Below are positions 58,991 to 64,000 of a stretch of DNA of 64,000 nucleotides, piece after piece; within the stretch, counting starts at the first letter, position 1, and each line of letters begins with the position of its first letter. The translations under genes were made by a program, and so were the position numbers. Below the pieces are notes generated by a model that saw nothing but the letters and a program-made list of their open reading frames with translations, made no database searches and was not told the origin of the DNA. This stretch comes from Klebsormidium nitens (Eukaryota; Plantae; Klebsormidiophyceae), in the NCBI GenBank assembly GCA_000708835.1, contig DF237003.1:169275-233274 (forward strand), written 5' to 3'.

Positions 58991-61900
58991 ATGTCCAATG
59001 CAGGTTCCATCAACGCTGAGCTCAGCGATGCAGACAAGAAGCTAGTCGCCTCTCAGAGGGTCAAAAGGTTGCCTAAAACCGTCCACCAGCAAGTTAAGGA
59101 CTTAGAAGCGCGGTATACAACCTTCATTGCAGCTCCTCGCAATCAACGCTGGAGGGCAGCGCTACCTCCCAACTTCAAGTCCACTCCAATCACCTTCTCA
59201 GTAAATGAAGGCATCACTAGCACAGACAATATTTTGAAAGTGCAAAGCTTCAAGGTCCTGTTGGGACTGCAGTCAGCATTTCAACAGATACAAAAGTCGA
59301 CAGATCCTCCCATGCTGGTCTCAGATTTCGCAGAGGACCAGCTCCTAGAATTAGACCCTGCAGACCGGCAGCTCATGTTAGGATCAGTGCTGAGCCTGCA
59401 GATCGCTGACCTGGCAGCAGTGCGGTCCCTATGCCAGGTGCCAGAGGCTCAAGAAAGCCTCAAGGATTTCATAGAGACAGAGCAGTTTAGGGTCTTGGAG
59501 TTTCTGCAGCTAGAACTAGCAAGGGTGCAGACCTATGAGCCGGTTCTTCCTGCCAATTTCATGTCTGAGGACCAAAATACGGTCGCTGATGCCGGCCAAG
59601 GTGAGGGCGGAGATGAGGATGTGTTGGAGGCGGTCTTAGAGCAGGCTATGGAAGGCGAATCTCGGGCGCAGCGTGAGGTGAGATTGATCGGCTGGAGCAG
59701 TGGCAGTGTCTCTGAGTCTGATTGGTTGCATCAGTTGCACCACGTTTGTACTAATTGATTGCGTCCAAGTGACACTTTGTGAAGAGGGGACTGTCTTTTG
59801 TTGAGGGTAGGCACTCAGCACCACGGGTTTCGTCGAGATACTGGCACGCGATGGCTTCCGGAATAGTTGTATCATCTTAAACCTTTTTGTCCAAGGCTCC
59901 CTTTCTATCGACTCTTCATTGAGACTTTTCAGCAAATGACCAGAAATATAGTAGCTTTTGTGAACCTTGTATGTTACTTGAGAGCGTGACCATGGATTGC
60001 TGTAAGCTTATTCATTGCGCTTAGATCTTGGAGGAGCTTGAGAGCTGATCGACGCCAGCTCTCTGAACAGTCACACGTTTCCCCTATCCCAACTGCCAAA
60101 TAACATCTCGGCCCTACATCTAAGCTGTTTGCTGGACCTCACCTGCATGTCATTTTCCTGAGAGAAGACATCAAATTTGTCAGTGATCATCGCTCTTACT
60201 AGTAAGTCTGGCTTTTCAACATTTCACATCAATGAAAGCAACTGCAAATGTTGGCAGATGTTGGCACGCCTGCGCTAGGATTGAGACACTGCCCTGGTTA
60301 AAGAGAAGAGGAACCAAAGCTGCTCATGAGAAGTGCACTTGACGTGCCCATTTTCCTTGATGTCCACACAAGCTCAAAGTATGGGTGACATCAAGAAGGG
60401 TCGTTTGAGTCTGACCAGAAGCACCAACTCGTCAGAGCACACTCCAGAGAAGCTAAGGTGTCGCTCCAGCTTTAACTTGGAAATCACCCAGATGGGAAAA
60501 AACCTTCTCCATATTTTTCCTGCCAATCGGATGTATGAGTTTTTTGATCCCTTCTTGAAACCATGAATCACTTCCATCCTCCAGGAGATGCCAGTAGACG
60601 AGAGTTTGGGAGGCCTCCACGCGCGCGCGGATCTTTTGTCGACGCAGTCGGGCCTGAGATACCTTGCGGAGGGGCTTGCAGATAACCCATTGATGGACGA
60701 GGCTCTGCCTCCCTATTCAAGTGAAGACCTGGGGCCTCCAAGAGTGAGTGAACAGGCGCCTCGTGCGGTGCTATTTGATGTCTGGTTAGCTTGGCAGTTG
60801 GTTTAGTACTCGAATGTTTCCTTGAACTCAATTGGAAAGGTTTTCTGCACAATTTCTGCCCATTTTTTTCTGCACACGACACTTTGTTCTTTCGCAAGTT
60901 AACCATGCGCGTCAAATCCAAAAGTGAACAAGTATGGGGAGTGTTTTTCTGGAACTCGTTGGACTGATTTTTCGAATATACTCTCATTCAAGCGTCTTCT
61001 CGTTCGGACTGGAGCCCAAGTGAGGTCCAAGTCTTGATGAGTCACTGCCCAACAGTTATCGTTAATGCTGGAAGTTGGCTGCAACTAGTCAACTAAATGA
61101 TGTCCTCGAAGGTCCCAAATTTACACTAGCTTCAAAGTTCCTGTTGAGAGCTTTTGAGTTGCGTTGGCATGTCCGCGCATGCTTGGCCCGACTTGAAACC
61201 TCCTTTCTATCGTTTCAGAGGTCGAGCGGTGGTCATTTGGAAAATTTGATGCAGAAACTCTTACCTAAGAAATCAGTATCTCGTTTCCTTGCACAGCCCG
61301 TTAGCTCTGCAAGGCTCAACTGTCTGTTGGAACTTGACCCGAGCAACTTTCTGCTTTTCACAGGATTCTGCACGAAGCCAGGATCCAACAGATAGTACCT
61401 CGAAGGAGGTCGGCGGACTGAGTGGCGCTGGGGAGCAACAAGCAGGTGCGTTTCCTTTGACAGCTTTGTGAGTTTTCGAAATGCAGAAACTTAGGTTATT
61501 GTGTTGATGGCCCAAAGCTCACAACAGGCAGCAAATTAGTCACACTCGAAGTGGGAGCGAAGCGACGGTGACTGGAGATGATTATACACGTGTGCTCAAC
61601 CTGGATTCATCGCACTTGCATTTGCTGATGCTTTCAATCTTGCTGAACATTCAACGCTGTCTTCGATCATTCAAGCCGCGTACCCGTTTAAAAGTTCCTC
61701 TCTCTTGGAGAGCTGCTGGAAGTGAAGGCCTGATCTCAGTTGCGGATCAAGCACGAACATGCCAACGAGCATGCCTCCAATACACCAAAGCTTTGAGTTA
61801 TCAAGTCCGACATTAATAAGCTTGGGTCCATTGTCATTGTGCATTGTTAAAGAGCCGTATACAACCCTGTGTACATGCATAACAATCCTTGTCCTGGAGT

Positions 61901-63025
61901 CTTGCAGCTGACCCGTCAAGAGGGGCCTCTTCACCGGCAGACCCGCTTGCTACTACAAGGGAGGGGTCCGTCTTGCTGGGACCACAGCTGTCACACGAGC
62001 AGGAGCCGCAAGCACAGGCAAGAGAAGCACACATTGGCCAAGTGGGGCAGCCCGTTCCCTCGGTGGTCCCGCCCGGTGCTTCCTTCCTGCAGTTCCCTTG
62101 CCCCCAAGATGTGGTCGGAGGTGAAACGGGGCAGCCCAGTATGGAAGAAGTCTTGCCAACTAGGCATTCCGCTCACATCGGGGACGTGCGTGGTAATCAA
62201 TCGGGGGGGCAGCCCATTTCCCAAGGGGTTCCACAAACTGGGCAGCCCGATCGTCGGGGAGACGCGTGTGATAGGCGACCAGGGGAGAAGCCCCTTTCCT
62301 CAGGGGTCACGCTAACCGGGCAGTCCGCTCCCAAGAGAGACGCGCGTGGCAGTCCGCCGGGGGAGCAGCCCGTCGCACAAACCAGGCAGTTCTCTCCTGA
62401 GGAAGACGCACGTGGCAGCCGGCCGGAGGAGCAGCCCAGTTTCCCGGGGGTCACACAAACCGGGCAGTCCGCTCCTGAGGGCGACGTGAGTGGCAGCCGG
62501 CCTTGGGAGCAGTCCTTTTCCCCAGGGGTCACACAAACCGGGCAGTCCGCCGCTCAGAAAGACGACGCGCGTGTCAGCCAACCGGAAGAGCAGCCCCTTT
62601 GCCCAGGGGTACAACGAACCGGGCAGTCCGCTCGCAACGGAAATGCTTTTGCTGGTCAAAGTGGTGGGCCACCTTCTCCCCTTGGGGCCCCGTTCGACGA
62701 TGAAACCGGGCGGAGAGGCGCGTCTGAAGATGTGCCGGGCGGCCAGCCGGGGAGGCAGCAGATTGACGCAGACGCCCCGTTTGTTGTGGGGAGGGAGAAC
62801 GTCGGCTTGGGTGAAGGGCAAGGTGGAAATGAAAGGGCCCGTATCCCAAACCGGGGAAGAGCCTTCCAAGGAGAAACGGACCAGCACTTTCGGGGACCGA
62901 GTCCTCTTTTTGGGCCCCAAGGTGGCCCCACAACTGCCCCCCCAGTCACATTCGACGCGATGATGCAACCCGACTGGGATGCGTCTCGTGGTTTTCCCGG
63001 ATTTTGGAATGCTTCGGCTGACGAG
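58991..63025 (+). CDS. Multi-exon hypothetical protein (>=680 aa): helical N-terminal domain plus Pro/Gly/Gln repeat region; last exon(s) uncertain
   Basis: In-phase GT-AG exons 58991-59677, 60585-60743, 61364-61445 and 61908-63025. No family recognised. Confidence 0.62.
62233..62640 (+). repeat. ~78-bp coding tandem repeat, 6 copies (26-aa unit QTGQSAPExDARGSRPEEQPxSPGVT)
   Basis: Unit starts at 62233, 62311, 62377, 62455, 62533 and 62614 (78/66/78/78/81 bp, all multiples of 3). Confidence 0.88.
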
Positions 63026-63642
63026 GTGAGTTCAGGTTTCCTCGATTGTTGAGGACCAAGCACGTCAGACTCCTCCTTTTCTCAACCAAATTCCTTGCAA
63101 TTTCTTCAGAGCTCGACGAGGCCTCTTGGTTTTGGTTTGGGATGTCAGCGGCATGCAAGTGTGAATTGCATCGTTTTGCAGGTCAATCTGTCGCTCGCTT
63201 TCAATCATCAGCCCTTAAGCTTAAACGTAGGAAAATAAAAGTGGTCTCGAAGTCGAGCGGTGTCCCAGTAAAAGCCTGAGCTCATGGGCAACAACCTCTG
63301 ATACCTTTACAGGGTGAAGGATCATGGCCAAAGTGGCCCTTCCAGAGCAGATGCTTGCTCTCTTTTGTAGGTTGTCAATCAGGCACCTAGCAAGAATGTT
63401 GTCTGATTGCCTTTGTTGAATAACTCATCAGAACATTGTCTGCCAGTCGCTTTTAATCGACTCTATTGCCACACTTCAGGAGCTATATACGGAGGAAGGA
63501 ACTCCTCAAGAGCGGGTTGTTCCCAGGTCTGACGCTGGGCGTTCATCCGCTACATCTGATGTGCCAACGGAACCGCCGTCTTTCAGTGCGGACCCTCTCA
63601 GCAGCCAGGTAACAACAGCGTGCCCTGCCTTCAACCTATATG

Positions 63643-64000
63643 TCATATCGGGCTGATCCCAAAGTCTGCTCTATTGCGGTTTTCTTTTGCAAATGCCACT
63701 CGCTTCTTTGATTGCTCCTCCGTAAGGATGGGAACTGAGCTGACGTGACATGATCGCAACCCATCGCTTCCTGACCGGACCGCAGTCCGCACTGTATTCT
63801 TTGAAACCTCCCCGATACAAAGACCTTCTGTTACCAACTTCTTAGCAACCTTGCGCAATGTGGAATCAGGCTTACCAGCAGACAAAAGCGTTCTTGCTCT
63901 CTGTACAGCATGCTCAGAGAGTTTCCTTGGAGCTCCAGATCGCGGTCGATCTTGTATTCCCTCTCCGAGATTTTCCCGTTTTGTCCAACGGCTTACCAAC
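63643..64000 (-). mobile_element. Tc1/mariner (IS630-like) transposase fragment, DNA-binding region, cut by the window edge
   Basis: DRPRSGAPRKLS...TLRKVAKKL...VSKNTVR...PILTEEQSKKRVAFAKE matches the Tc1/Tc3 second HTH and linker. The frame stops before an intact DDE domain. Confidence 0.85.

Noticed and set aside
62233-62640. Regularly spaced repeats resembling a CRISPR array
   Set aside because: The whole unit is degenerate coding repeat in a eukaryotic exon, with no unique spacers and no cas genes.
1-64000. tRNA, rRNA, snRNA genes
   Set aside because: GGTTCGA words (e.g. ~23750, ~57930) lack cloverleaf context; no rRNA or snRNA signatures recognised by eye.

Overview
Intron-rich eukaryotic DNA (GT-AG introns of about 60-1600 bp, plant-type genes, telo-box motifs). 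It looks like a streptophyte green alga such as Klebsormidium; this is an inference from gene content and style. The six-frame ORFs are mostly exon fragments, so gene models were spliced by hand using splice sites and phase continuity. Recognisable genes: an ankyrin-repeat protein with a charged helical tail (-), organellar ribosomal protein uS15 (-) head-to-head with plastid aspartate-semialdehyde dehydrogenase (+), an unusually long NTAN1 (-), a CCCH/LOTUS/RRM RNA-binding protein with an extra C-terminal C3HC4 RING (+), and a haloalkane-dehalogenase-like alpha/beta hydrolase (-). There are several orphan multi-exon genes, a BED-finger exon, two ~460-bp MITE-like elements (one with a clean TTA target-site duplication), a Tc1/mariner fragment at the right edge and a 663-N gap. 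Most interesting: (1) the CCCH-LOTUS-RRM-RING architecture, (2) an ~100-bp G-rich element found in the same orientation in introns of two unrelated genes 50 kb apart, (3) duplicated 3' splice-site/exon-start units in two genes. No tRNA, rRNA or CRISPR array was seen.
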